From Dehalococcoidia bacterium (GTDB lineage Bacteria; Chloroflexota; Dehalococcoidia; Dehalococcoidales; UBA1222), in contig WREQ01000001.1 in NCBI GenBank assembly GCA_009779255.1, positions 5,190-69,189 of the forward strand: a stretch of DNA of 64,000 bases, written 5' to 3'. The notes beneath the pieces are model-generated. The model was not told where the DNA came from. It ran no database searches and worked only from the letters and a program-made list of their open reading frames with translations. Every line of letters begins with the position of its first letter. Position 1 is the first letter of the stretch. Positions 8,529 through 17,435 of the stretch are shown here, piece after piece. The position numbers and the translations under genes are program-made.

Positions 8529-11096
8529 ATGAAGGACTCCGTCACTCCCATTCGGGCACAGTATCTCAATATTAAAAAGCAGCATCCCGATGCCATCGTG
8601 CTTTTCAGGCTCGGTGATTTTTACGAAACCTTTGATGAGGACGCCCGCATTGCCGCGCGCGTACTGGATATTGTACTCACATCCCGCGGCATGGGCAAAA
8701 ACATACAGGTTCCCATGGCCGGCATTCCATACCACGCCCTCGACGACTATCTCGGAAAACTTATTAAACAAGGATACCGGGTAGCAATTTGCGAGCAGCT
8801 CACCAAACCCGGCGAAATGCGCGGATTGGTCAGCCGCGACGTGGTGCGCGTTGTTACTCCCGGCACAGTGGTGGAGCCTTCTCTGCTGGAAACCAAATCC
8901 AACAATTATCTGGTATCAATTGCGGTCCGGGGGGAGCAGGCCGGACTGGCATATATAGACATTACGACTTCGGAATTCGCCTGTACGCAGCTTTCATTAT
9001 CCCGCCTGCGCACCGAAATCGACAGACTTGCCCCCGCTGAAATTATCGCCGGTAGCGGCAGCGGCTTATCCGATTTGCTACACCCTTATCGCATAACGGA
9101 AATCGAGCCGCGCTGGTTTGCTTACGATTCCGCGGAGCGCGCCCTACTGGAACACTTCAAAACTGCCACGCTGGAAGGCTTCGGCTGCGCACAATGGCCG
9201 CAGGCCATAGAGGCAGCGGGTGGCATTCTGCACTATTTGGAGACAACCCAAAAGCAGGCGCTGGAGCAGGCAAGCCGTTTTTCGGCCTATTCCACCGACG
9301 GTTTCCTCTCAATGGACAGCGTATCTTATGCAAATCTTGAAGTATTCAAAGGGCTTGCATCCGGTGACATTCGCGGTTCGCTGCTGTCAGTGCTTGATGA
9401 AACGCGCACCCCTATGGGTGCCAGACTTTTACGGCGATGGCTGACCCAACCACTGCTCAATCTGGACGGAATCAGGCGCCGGCAGAACTGCATAACCTGG
9501 CTGGTTGAGCATGCTATGGTCAGGCATGAAATACTTGCCGCTCTCAAGTCGATTGCCGACCTCGGCAGAATCATGAACCGTATCCGTAACATGACCGCTT
9601 TGCCGCGGGAAATCATCACACTGAAACACAGCCTCGCAGTCGTACCTGGGCTGGTAAGCCATCTCACATCGGCTGAAGATTGGCCGGGAACCACGCCAGC
9701 ACCCATGCCGGATATTATCAGCCTGATTACCATGGCAATTGATGACCAGCCGGCGGCGGCTCCCGGAGATGGTGATGTCATAAAACGCGGATTTTCTGGC
9801 GAACTCGACGCTCTGCGCTCCGATGCGCATGACGCCCGGCAATATCTTGCTTCCATGGAAAAACGGGAGCGCGAAAAAACCGGCATCAAATCCCTGAAAA
9901 TCGGTTTTACCAATGTTTTCGGTTACTACATCGAGGTTTCTCATGCTAATCATGCGCAGGTGCCAGACGATTACATTCGCAAGCAGACACTTGCCGGCGC
10001 AGAGCGCTACTATACCCCGGAACTCAAGGAATACGAAACTCGAATCCTGAATGCACGCGAAAAGCGGGAGGTTCTGGAGGCGGAACTGTTCCGGCAGATT
10101 TGCCGACAGATTTCGCTTTCATCTGAAGCCATTCTAGAGCTTGGCGATACATTGGCGGAGCTGGATATATTCAGCTCGCTGGCCGATATTGCAGTGCGCT
10201 ACGGTTATATCTGCCCCGAACTGGACGACAGCGCTATCATAGACATCCGGGGAGGGAGACACCCTGTAATAGAACGGACATTGCTGCAAGGAGAGTATAT
10301 ACCCAACAGCCTGTGCCTCTCCAACAAGGACGCCCGCATAATCATTCTCACAGGACCAAATATGGCGGGCAAATCGACATATCTCAAGCAGTCCGCGCTT
10401 ATCGTTATAATGGCGCAGATTGGCAGCTACGTCCCTGCAGACAAGGCTGTTATCGGTCTGGTGGACCGCATTTTCACTCGCATCGGGGCGCGGGAGGATC
10501 TGTCATCGGGTAAGTCCACTTTTATGGTGGAAATGGTTGAAACGGCCGCCATCCTGAACGGCGCTACCCCCCGCTCTCTACTCATTCTGGATGAAGTTGG
10601 CCGCGGCACTAGCACCTACGACGGCATGGCGATTGCGCAGGCGGTGGTGGAGTTCATTCATAACTCTCCGGCACTGGGAGCAAAAACGCTTTTTGCCACG
10701 CATTATCATGAGCTGACGGCGATGGCGGAGTCTCTGCCTCATGTGCGCAACTTCAATGTGGCAATTGCGGAAAACAATGGAGAGGTTGTTTTCCTGCATA
10801 AAATAGTCCACGGTGGAGCGGCCAAAAGCTATGGCATACATGTGGCGCGCATCGCCGGACTGCCGAAACAGGTTATAGAACGCGCAAGGAATATACTGTC
10901 AGAACTTGAAGGTGGAAACACTGGAACGACCAAAAACCCGACGACCATGCCGCAGCCTGCGCCCCAGTTATCCTTCTTTGCTTCACATAACAAGGTGGTG
11001 AACGAACTGAAAAATCTGGCAGTGGACGCCATATCTCCACTCGAAGCGCTGACCAAATTGTACGAATTGAAGAAGAAGGCCGAGGACGACGGCTGA
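8529..11096 (+). CDS. mutS: DNA mismatch repair protein MutS
   Basis: 855 aa with N-terminal PIRAQYLNIKKQHPD, Walker A GPNMAGKST and a full-length MutS layout. Confidence 0.96.
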   Translation: MKDSVTPIRAQYLNIKKQHPDAIVLFRLGDFYETFDEDARIAARVLDIVLTSRGMGKNIQVPMAGIPYHALDDYLGKLIKQGYRVAICEQLTKPGEMRGLVSRDVVRVVTPGTVVEPSLLETKSNNYLVSIAVRGEQAGLAYIDITTSEFACTQLSLSRLRTEIDRLAPAEIIAGSGSGLSDLLHPYRITEIEPRWFAYDSAERALLEHFKTATLEGFGCAQWPQAIEAAGGILHYLETTQKQALEQASRFSAYSTDGFLSMDSVSYANLEVFKGLASGDIRGSLLSVLDETRTPMGARLLRRWLTQPLLNLDGIRRRQNCITWLVEHAMVRHEILAALKSIADLGRIMNRIRNMTALPREIITLKHSLAVVPGLVSHLTSAEDWPGTTPAPMPDIISLITMAIDDQPAAAPGDGDVIKRGFSGELDALRSDAHDARQYLASMEKREREKTGIKSLKIGFTNVFGYYIEVSHANHAQVPDDYIRKQTLAGAERYYTPELKEYETRILNAREKREVLEAELFRQICRQISLSSEAILELGDTLAELDIFSSLADIAVRYGYICPELDDSAIIDIRGGRHPVIERTLLQGEYIPNSLCLSNKDARIIILTGPNMAGKSTYLKQSALIVIMAQIGSYVPADKAVIGLVDRIFTRIGAREDLSSGKSTFMVEMVETAAILNGATPRSLLILDEVGRGTSTYDGMAIAQAVVEFIHNSPALGAKTLFATHYHELTAMAESLPHVRNFNVAIAENNGEVVFLHKIVHGGAAKSYGIHVARIAGLPKQVIERARNILSELEGGNTGTTKNPTTMPQPAPQLSFFASHNKVVNELKNLAVDAISPLEALTKLYELKKKAEDDG

Positions 11097-11184
11097 ATCA
11101 CGTCCGGCTTTATGCCGGCGAACTCATGGGAGTTGTTCAAGCTTTTGACGCGCAGTTTCGCGCATCTATGTTGAAGACTAACTG

Positions 11185-11946
11185 TTAATCTGCCAGCCGG
11201 ACTGTGTTTTCCAATGTTCCTATGCCCTCGATTGTTACCTGCACCACGTCCCCCGGCTGCATAGCACCAATCCCGCCCGGCGTTCCGGTCGCGATTATAT
11301 CGCCGGGGAAAAGGGTCATCACCTGCGACACGGCGCTGACCAGCTCCGGCACCTTGAATATCAAATCCGCTGTATTTCCGCTCTGCCTGACAACCCCATT
11401 CAACCGTGTTTCGATTTTCAACGCTCCGGCATCCAGCTCTGTTTCAATTATCGGCCCCACGGCGGCAAAAGTATCGAATCCCTTGGCGCGCGCCCATTGT
11501 CCATCTTCTTTTTGCAGGTCGCGCGCTGTAACGTCATTGAAGCAGGTGTACCCCAGTATGCAGCCTGCCGCGTCTTTCGGAGCTATACAGCGGACTTTTT
11601 TGCCAATAACCACCCCCAGTTCACCTTCAAAATCCACTTGAGCGGATAACGGCGGATATACGATGCAATCCACTGGTCCGATGACGGCACTCGGCGGTTT
11701 CAAAAATATCAGCGGGGTGCGGGGAAGGTCATACCCTAGTTCAGCCGCGTGCGAATGGTAATTGAGTCCGATGGCCACAATCTTGGAGGGACGGCAGGGA
11801 GCCAGTAATTTTATCTCATCGGCGGCGAACTGTATGCCTGCGATTTTAAGTTTTCCGAAAGGATTGCCGGCAAGCTGCCGCACCATTTCCTCGTCGAGAA
11901 TCCCGTAACGTGGGAGTCCTCCAGTGTAAAAGCGCGCGATTTTCAC
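11185..11946 (-). CDS. fumarylacetoacetate hydrolase (FAH) family protein
   Basis: 253 aa. DFEGELGVVIGK and GDIIATGTPGGIG are typical of FAH / 2-keto-4-pentenoate hydratase-like enzymes. Confidence 0.85.
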   Translation of the reverse strand: MKIARFYTGGLPRYGILDEEMVRQLAGNPFGKLKIAGIQFAADEIKLLAPCRPSKIVAIGLNYHSHAAELGYDLPRTPLIFLKPPSAVIGPVDCIVYPPLSAQVDFEGELGVVIGKKVRCIAPKDAAGCILGYTCFNDVTARDLQKEDGQWARAKGFDTFAAVGPIIETELDAGALKIETRLNGVVRQSGNTADLIFKVPELVSAVSQVMTLFPGDIIATGTPGGIGAMQPGDVVQVTIEGIGTLENTVRLAD

Positions 11947-12242
11947 TGACAGATTCTAGAACAGTCCAGCGGCATTATCAAGCCAGAGAATGAGTTGAAA
12001 TGACATAAGAGATATTGAGAGAGACTTTCTTCCGTGGAGTTGCCTGGAAAAATCTCCCTGTCTCTCTTTATTGTGGAGAGAGCGGCGACTTGTTAACAAG
12101 CCCCTGATAACTCGCTACTTCATGCAGGTACAGGCGTTTGACAGGACGGACGGCTGGTTGTTAAACTTGTGCGAATTCAGGCACCGGATATGCCGCGGCG
12201 TTTCACGGCAGACGGTTCTCATGCCTGCAGCGAGGAGTGGTT

Positions 12243-13343
12243 ATGAAAATAACTTTGAGCGTCATCAAGGCTGATATCGGCGGTTACGTGGGGCATTCCG
12301 AATCTCATCCCGAAGTTCTGGCTTATGCTCACGACAGCCTGCTAAAGGCCAAAAACGACGGGCTGTTAGTCGATTTTCATGTAACGAAATGTGGCGACGA
12401 TGCCCAGCTGGTGATGACGCATACGCTGGGAGTGGATAACGAGAAAATCCATGAACTGGCCTGGAATACTTTCGTAGGTGGCACAGAAATTGCCAAAAAG
12501 CTGAAACTTTACGGCGCCGGACAGGATCTTCTGTCCGATGCTTTTTCCTGCAACGTTCGTGGCATGGGGCCGGGGTTGGCTGAAATGGAGATTGAAGAAC
12601 GAACCTCGGAGCCGATAATCATTTTCATGGCTGACAAGACCTCTTCCGGTTCATGGAATCTGCCGCTATACAAGATGTTTGCCGACCCATTCAACACTAT
12701 CGGACTGGTCATCGCCGAAAACATGCACAACGGCTATAGCTTTGAAGTGCATGACGTCATGCAGGGCAGGAAAATTACGTTCAATACCCCCGAAGAACTC
12801 TACGATATGCTTGTCTTTATCGGGGCGCCTGCCCGCTATGTTATAAAGTCTGTGCGCCATCGCGACACTGGCGATATGGGTGCTGTTTCCTCCACGCAAA
12901 AACTCTCGCTGATTGCCGGCCGCTATGTCGGCAAAGACGATCCTGTATGCATCGTGCGCGCCCAAGGTATTTTCCCGGCCGTCGGCGAAGTACTTGAACC
13001 TTTCGCCACACCGTATCTGGTTGAAGGCTGGATGCGTGGTTCTCATTACGGCCCGTTCATGCCTGTTTCCATTCCAGACAGCACCCCCACGCGTTTTGAT
13101 GGTCCGCCGCGCGTCATCGCCTGCGGCTTCCAACTGGCCAACGGAAAACTGATAGGTCCGCGGGATTTGTTTGCCGACAAGTCGTTTGATAATGCCCGTC
13201 AGAAGGCGTTGGACGCCGCGGATTACATCCGCGCCCATGGTCCATTCGAACCACATCGCCTGCCGCTGGACGAAATGGAATATACCACCATGCCGCAGGT
13301 GGCAAGAAAACTCCAGGACCGCTTTACCCCCATCGAGGACTAA
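12243..13343 (+). CDS. fbp: fructose-1,6-bisphosphate aldolase/phosphatase (class V FBPase)
   Basis: MKITLSVIKADIGGYVGHS... is the hallmark N-terminus of the bifunctional archaeal-type FBP aldolase/phosphatase. GAGGAG SD lies 5 nt before the ATG at 12243. Confidence 0.9.
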   Translation: MKITLSVIKADIGGYVGHSESHPEVLAYAHDSLLKAKNDGLLVDFHVTKCGDDAQLVMTHTLGVDNEKIHELAWNTFVGGTEIAKKLKLYGAGQDLLSDAFSCNVRGMGPGLAEMEIEERTSEPIIIFMADKTSSGSWNLPLYKMFADPFNTIGLVIAENMHNGYSFEVHDVMQGRKITFNTPEELYDMLVFIGAPARYVIKSVRHRDTGDMGAVSSTQKLSLIAGRYVGKDDPVCIVRAQGIFPAVGEVLEPFATPYLVEGWMRGSHYGPFMPVSIPDSTPTRFDGPPRVIACGFQLANGKLIGPRDLFADKSFDNARQKALDAADYIRAHGPFEPHRLPLDEMEYTTMPQVARKLQDRFTPIED

Positions 13344-13349
13344 GAGCCA

Positions 13350-13964
13350 GTGTCACAGCGAAAGCTCCTCTTGGCAACCAATAACAGAGGCAAGCTGGAT
13401 GAGCTTCGTGTTTTATTCGCTGGTATTGACAGGGAGATTGTCAGCCCAGCCGACGTGGGGTTGCAGCTTGACGTAGCCGAAACCGGCCACACATACGCCA
13501 TCAATGCCCGCCTCAAAGCGCGGGCATTTGCCTCCGCTTCAGGCCTTCTGACGCTGGCTGATGATTCCGGGCTGGAGGTGGATGCGCTGAGCCTCGCCCC
13601 CGGAGTGCATTCCTCACGCTGGGCCGGACCGATGGCTACGGATGCACAAAAGATAGCATATTTGTTGTCCCAAATGACGGCTGTGCCGCCGGAGCAGCGC
13701 AGCGCCTGCTTCTGCTGCGTCATGGCAATTGCCGCTCCAAAAGCAAGAAAAATCCGGCTGAGTTCTGGCAGCTGGCAAGGCTTCATTACCATGGAGCCAC
13801 ATGGAATCGACGGCTTCGGCTATGATCCGGTGTTTTATCTTCACAAATTTGGCATGACCGCGGCGGAAATACCGGCGTGGATCAAAAATCACATCAGTCA
13901 CCGTGCGCGCGCGGCCGCCGGCGCGCGCCGGATTCTACTTGAAGAACATCAGCAGACGCCATAA
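13350..13964 (+). CDS. rdgB: non-canonical purine NTP pyrophosphatase (RdgB/HAM1 family)
   Basis: 204 aa with LLLATNNRGKLDE, DDSGLEVDAL and GFGYDPVF motifs. GTG start. Confidence 0.9.
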   Translation: MSQRKLLLATNNRGKLDELRVLFAGIDREIVSPADVGLQLDVAETGHTYAINARLKARAFASASGLLTLADDSGLEVDALSLAPGVHSSRWAGPMATDAQKIAYLLSQMTAVPPEQRSACFCCVMAIAAPKARKIRLSSGSWQGFITMEPHGIDGFGYDPVFYLHKFGMTAAEIPAWIKNHISHRARAAAGARRILLEEHQQTP

Positions 13965-13965
13965 G

Positions 13966-13989
13966 CTCAAAACTCATCACTCAAAACTC
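13966..13989 (+). repeat. tandem heptamer repeat (CTCAAAA CTCATCA CTCAAAA CTC), related to copies at 15264 and 38906
   Basis: Direct reading: gCTCAAAACTCATCACTCAAAACTC lies immediately after the rdgB stop, in the rdgB-dnaN spacer. Confidence 0.6.
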
Positions 13990-14048
13990 TTGAGTCTGCC
14001 ATGCCGTTGGGTATATACTAGGTCACTATAACTTCAGGGGTGAAAAAA

Positions 14049-15188
14049 ATGAAACTATCCTGCCTTCAGGAAAATCTTAACCGCGGGCTGGGGTTGGTGG
14101 GGCGCGCCGCCGCCGCGCGCACGACGCTGCCGATAACCAACAATGTTCTGATTGCCAGCGACCAGGGGCGACTCAAACTGGTCGCCACCAATCTAGAAAT
14201 GGCGATCAGCTGCTGGCTCGGAACTAAAATTGAGGAAGAGGGCGCGATTACAATTCCGGCCAAACTGCTAACCGAGTTTGTCGCCTCGCTGCCCAACGAC
14301 AAAATTGACATAAAGCTGGCACCAAAAGGCAAAGCCATAGAGCTGCGCTGCGCCCGTTTTGAAGCACGCATTTCCGGCGCCGACGCCAAAGACTTCCCCC
14401 CAATCCCCAGAGTTGATGACGGCATTACCGCAAAGGTGGACTTCAACGCGTTCAAGCAGGCTATTAGTCAAGTGGTTTTTGCCGCCGCTTCCGACGAATC
14501 ACGCCCCGTACTGACCGGCGTCAACGTCGAATTCGAAGGCAAGACGCTCACGTTGGCTGCCGCGGACGGATTCCGTCTGGCTGTTTATAAACTGCCGCTG
14601 GCGCTGTCTATCGCGGAAAAAATCACCGCCATCATCCCATCCAAGACGCTAATGGAGCTGAGTCGGCTCATGACGGACAGCGACGACCCCGTTGAAATCA
14701 GGGTTAACGCCGCCAAAACACAGATTCTGTTCAAGCTCAAAGACATAGAGGTGGTTTCGCAGCTGGTGCAGGGAAACTTCCCCCAGTACAACCAACTGAT
14801 CCCGCAAAGCTTCAATACCAAGGCGATTGTGGATGTCGCCCAGTTCCGCGGCGCCACAAAGACCGCCTCCATATTCGCCCGCGACGGTAGCGGCATTGTG
14901 CGGCTGATTATCACCCCTGGTGAGAGCGAAGTCACGCCCGGAAAACTCTCGATTTCCGCCCGCTCCGAGGAAATAGGGGAGGACACCGGCGAGGTGGACG
15001 CTGTGGTTGAGGGTACCGAAGCAAAAATTGCCTTCAACAGCAAATACCTCATCGACGTGCTGTCCGTGCTGAAGGAAACCAGTGTCGCCGTTGAGGTCAC
15101 CACGCCTTCGAGTCCAGGCGTCTTCCGCCCGGTTGGCAGCGACAGCTATCTGCACGTTATCATGCCGATGTTCGTGCAATGGGGTTAA
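14049..15188 (+). CDS. dnaN: DNA polymerase III beta sliding clamp
   Basis: MKLSCLQENLNRGLGLVGRAAAARTTLPITNNVLI... has a three-domain clamp length. ATG at 14049 is preferred over GTG at 14040 because of SD spacing. Confidence 0.93.
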   Translation: MKLSCLQENLNRGLGLVGRAAAARTTLPITNNVLIASDQGRLKLVATNLEMAISCWLGTKIEEEGAITIPAKLLTEFVASLPNDKIDIKLAPKGKAIELRCARFEARISGADAKDFPPIPRVDDGITAKVDFNAFKQAISQVVFAAASDESRPVLTGVNVEFEGKTLTLAAADGFRLAVYKLPLALSIAEKITAIIPSKTLMELSRLMTDSDDPVEIRVNAAKTQILFKLKDIEVVSQLVQGNFPQYNQLIPQSFNTKAIVDVAQFRGATKTASIFARDGSGIVRLIITPGESEVTPGKLSISARSEEIGEDTGEVDAVVEGTEAKIAFNSKYLIDVLSVLKETSVAVEVTTPSSPGVFRPVGSDSYLHVIMPMFVQWG

Positions 15189-15200
15189 AATTAAGAAAAA

Positions 15201-15229
15201 AGCCCCCGCTGATGCGGGGGCTTTTTTTG
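15201..15229 (+). terminator. rho-independent terminator after dnaN
   Basis: AGCCCCCGC tgat GCGGGGGCT gives a 9-bp GC-rich stem, followed by TTTTTTT. Confidence 0.9.
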
Positions 15230-15284
15230 TCATTCCAACTTAAAATCCTCCACTGACCACTAATAACTCAACACTCATAACTCG
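15229..15284 (+). repeat. composite intergenic repeat: GTCATTCC head plus 3 tandem heptamers (TAACTCA ACACTCA TAACTCG)
   Basis: The same architecture, with 18/20 identity in the heptamer block, occurs inverted at 38906..38972. Confidence 0.6.
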
Positions 15285-15362
15285 TCAGGTCCCCCGTCTT
15301 GATAAATAGCCGCTTGAATAGCTATAATTCTCATAGCAATCCTAAATATCTGGAGGACTGAT

Positions 15363-16178
15363 TTGAAGTACAAAATGGCAGTTATTGATGTCGATGGGAC
15401 ACTGGTGAACAGTGAGGGGAATATCTCTGAAGAGGATAAGCTGGCTGTCAAACGTTTGCAGAAATCGTACGTGGAGGTGGTTCTGTGTACCGGACGCAGC
15501 GCCAAATCCACATTGCCTGTCATTACAGGATTGGGTTTGAAGAGTTTTCATATCTTCTGCGACGGCGCGCTGATATACAATCACACCAGCGCCGCCACCG
15601 CGTTCTCCCGGCCACTCGAACCCGCGACTGTCCGCGAAGCCGTAGATTTTTGCCGTAAAAACAATCTCTATCTGGAGTTGTACTCGACCATGAAGCTCTT
15701 CGCCGAAAAGCCGAACTCGTCTGACGAAATAAATCACAGCTTTTTCGGCGTGAATCCCGAATTCGTCAACTTTGATGATATTCTGGACAAAGAACCCTTG
15801 CTGAAGGCTGAGATGCTTATTCGCAACAAAGAGGACGCCGCCAGAGTCAAACTGTTCAAGGATAATTTTGGAGACACTTTCAATTACTCGGTCGCGCACT
15901 CTCCGGCCTATCCGGATGTGGATTTCGTCAACATTCTGCATCCGCAGGTTTCAAAAGGCGCGGCGGTCAAAAAAATAATGACGGACTACGGCTATCTGCC
16001 GGCGGAAGTCATCGCCATCGGGGATGGCCTGAACGACATCTCTATGCTGGAAGCTGTTGGGGCATCAGTGGCCATGGGAAACGCCTTCGACGAAGTTAAA
16101 AAGGTCGCCAACTACATCACGGAAACAGTCGATAATCACGGCGTGGCTTCTGCTATAAACTTCTTCTTCCCCGTGTAG
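15363..16178 (+). CDS. Cof-type HAD-IIB phosphatase
   Basis: 271 aa with VIDVDGTL (motif I), CTGRS and GDGLNDISM (motif IV). TTG start lies 7 nt after GGAGG. Confidence 0.88.
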   Translation: MKYKMAVIDVDGTLVNSEGNISEEDKLAVKRLQKSYVEVVLCTGRSAKSTLPVITGLGLKSFHIFCDGALIYNHTSAATAFSRPLEPATVREAVDFCRKNNLYLELYSTMKLFAEKPNSSDEINHSFFGVNPEFVNFDDILDKEPLLKAEMLIRNKEDAARVKLFKDNFGDTFNYSVAHSPAYPDVDFVNILHPQVSKGAAVKKIMTDYGYLPAEVIAIGDGLNDISMLEAVGASVAMGNAFDEVKKVANYITETVDNHGVASAINFFFPV

Positions 16179-16273
16179 GAGTTGTTGACATAATCAACGT
16201 TATGGCATAGCAAGTATTCTCTTGCCGAAGAGTCAACAATAGCATATCGGTCCGCCGTATTCGCAACGTAAAA

Positions 16274-16300
16274 GGAGCCGCTCAAGCGGCTCCTTTTTTT
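16274..16300 (+). terminator. rho-independent terminator after the Cof gene; insulates the downstream cassette
   Basis: GGAGCCGC tcaa GCGGCTCC gives an 8-bp stem, followed by TTTTTTT. It is preceded by an A-run, so it is potentially bidirectional. Confidence 0.88.
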
Positions 16301-16358
16301 ATATGATGCCGTAATACCGCATATAACCATCATCAGCGTAACAACCCTGAAAATTATG

Positions 16359-16387
16359 TTGACAATGTTCCACACTGGTGATACGAT
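16359..16387 (+). promoter_or_regulatory. sigma70-like promoter with extended -10 for the 16422-18858 cassette
   Basis: TTGACA (16359-16364), a 17-nt spacer, then TGaTACGAT (TG at 16379-16380, -10 at 16382-16387). It lies about 35 nt upstream of the P1 start. Confidence 0.6.
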
Positions 16388-16421
16388 ACCCCCAAAATAA
16401 ACCTTGAAAGGGGAATTGAAA

Positions 16422-17339
16422 ATGTCACAGCCGGGAAAAGAACTATCCAGCATTGATTTCAGGAACCTTATCGGTGGACCGCTTGTCGCTGTGGTGGAGG
16501 CTCAGGCTCAGGCCGCGCTCAGCACGGTGAACTTCATCCGCGAAGTCGGCTTCAAGCAACCGGTGAAAGATACGGGCGACAAGGCCGAAGACCTGCCCAC
16601 GACCGGTGAGCCGATCTATGTGGTCTTCAAATATCCCAAAGAGGTTTCTCCCTATTCGCCAGCAGTTCCTTATTCCATTTCCGTTAATGTAACAACGTCG
16701 GGAAGCGGATACACGAGTCCCAGTGTCACTTTTAACAAACCAACCGGCACTGGTACCGCTGCGGCCACCGCAACCGTAGAAAAAGACGAGGATGGCAAAA
16801 TCACCGGAATCGTAATGACTAGCCTTGGCGCGGGGTACACCGCAGAAAAACCGCCGACTGTCACCATCAGCGACCCGCCTGCAGGCGGAACCAAGGCTGT
16901 ACTCAGCGTCAACTTCACCCCTCCGCAGAATCCGGTACCCGCCGTATTCCAGGAAATGAAGCTGGAAGTACCCATGCTTTCAATAGTGCCCATCCCCTAC
17001 CTGCGCGTGGATGAAGTCACCATCGACTTCAACGCCAAAATCAACTCCATGCAGACCTACGAACACAGCAGATCCTACGGGGTCACTACGGACACCTCCA
17101 CATCGGCCAAAGGTGGTTTCTTCTTCGCCAAAGCCTCGGCTTCCTTCAAGTGCTCCACCGCCTATCAGAGCAACTCCAAGTCCACCGGCCAGGTGGAAAG
17201 AACCTACTCTCTCGCAATTCATGTCAGAGCGGTTCAGGATGAGCTGCCGGGTGGCATGGAGAAGATCTTGGGCATTCTTGAAGACGCCATCAAAACGCAG
17301 CCTTCCGGTGCGCCAAAAGAAACCGTACTAACCACATAA
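16422..17339 (+). CDS. hypothetical protein P1: DUF2589-like (family recalled from memory) with an inserted GxGYT-repeat module
   Basis: ATG at 16422 follows an AAAGGGGA SD. N-terminal LIGGPLVAVVEAQAQAALSTVNFIREVGF, C-terminal-half VPMLSIVPIPYLRVDEVTIDF and ERTYSLAIHVRAV. The central 'SGSGYTSPSVTF...LGAGYTAEKPPTVTI' insert sits between them. No catalytic or TM motifs were seen. Confidence 0.75.
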   Translation: MSQPGKELSSIDFRNLIGGPLVAVVEAQAQAALSTVNFIREVGFKQPVKDTGDKAEDLPTTGEPIYVVFKYPKEVSPYSPAVPYSISVNVTTSGSGYTSPSVTFNKPTGTGTAAATATVEKDEDGKITGIVMTSLGAGYTAEKPPTVTISDPPAGGTKAVLSVNFTPPQNPVPAVFQEMKLEVPMLSIVPIPYLRVDEVTIDFNAKINSMQTYEHSRSYGVTTDTSTSAKGGFFFAKASASFKCSTAYQSNSKSTGQVERTYSLAIHVRAVQDELPGGMEKILGILEDAIKTQPSGAPKETVLTT

Positions 17340-17435
17340 ATCGCATTGTTAATGTAAAATAGGTTGTTCATCGCTGCGGGGCGTCCATTATCGTATGCCC
17401 CGCGGCGATGGAACACGTTTAATGGAGGAGCTGTT

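Noticed and set aside
12666-13256. 196-aa minus-strand ORF
   Set aside because: It is antisense to the unmistakable FBP aldolase/phosphatase gene.
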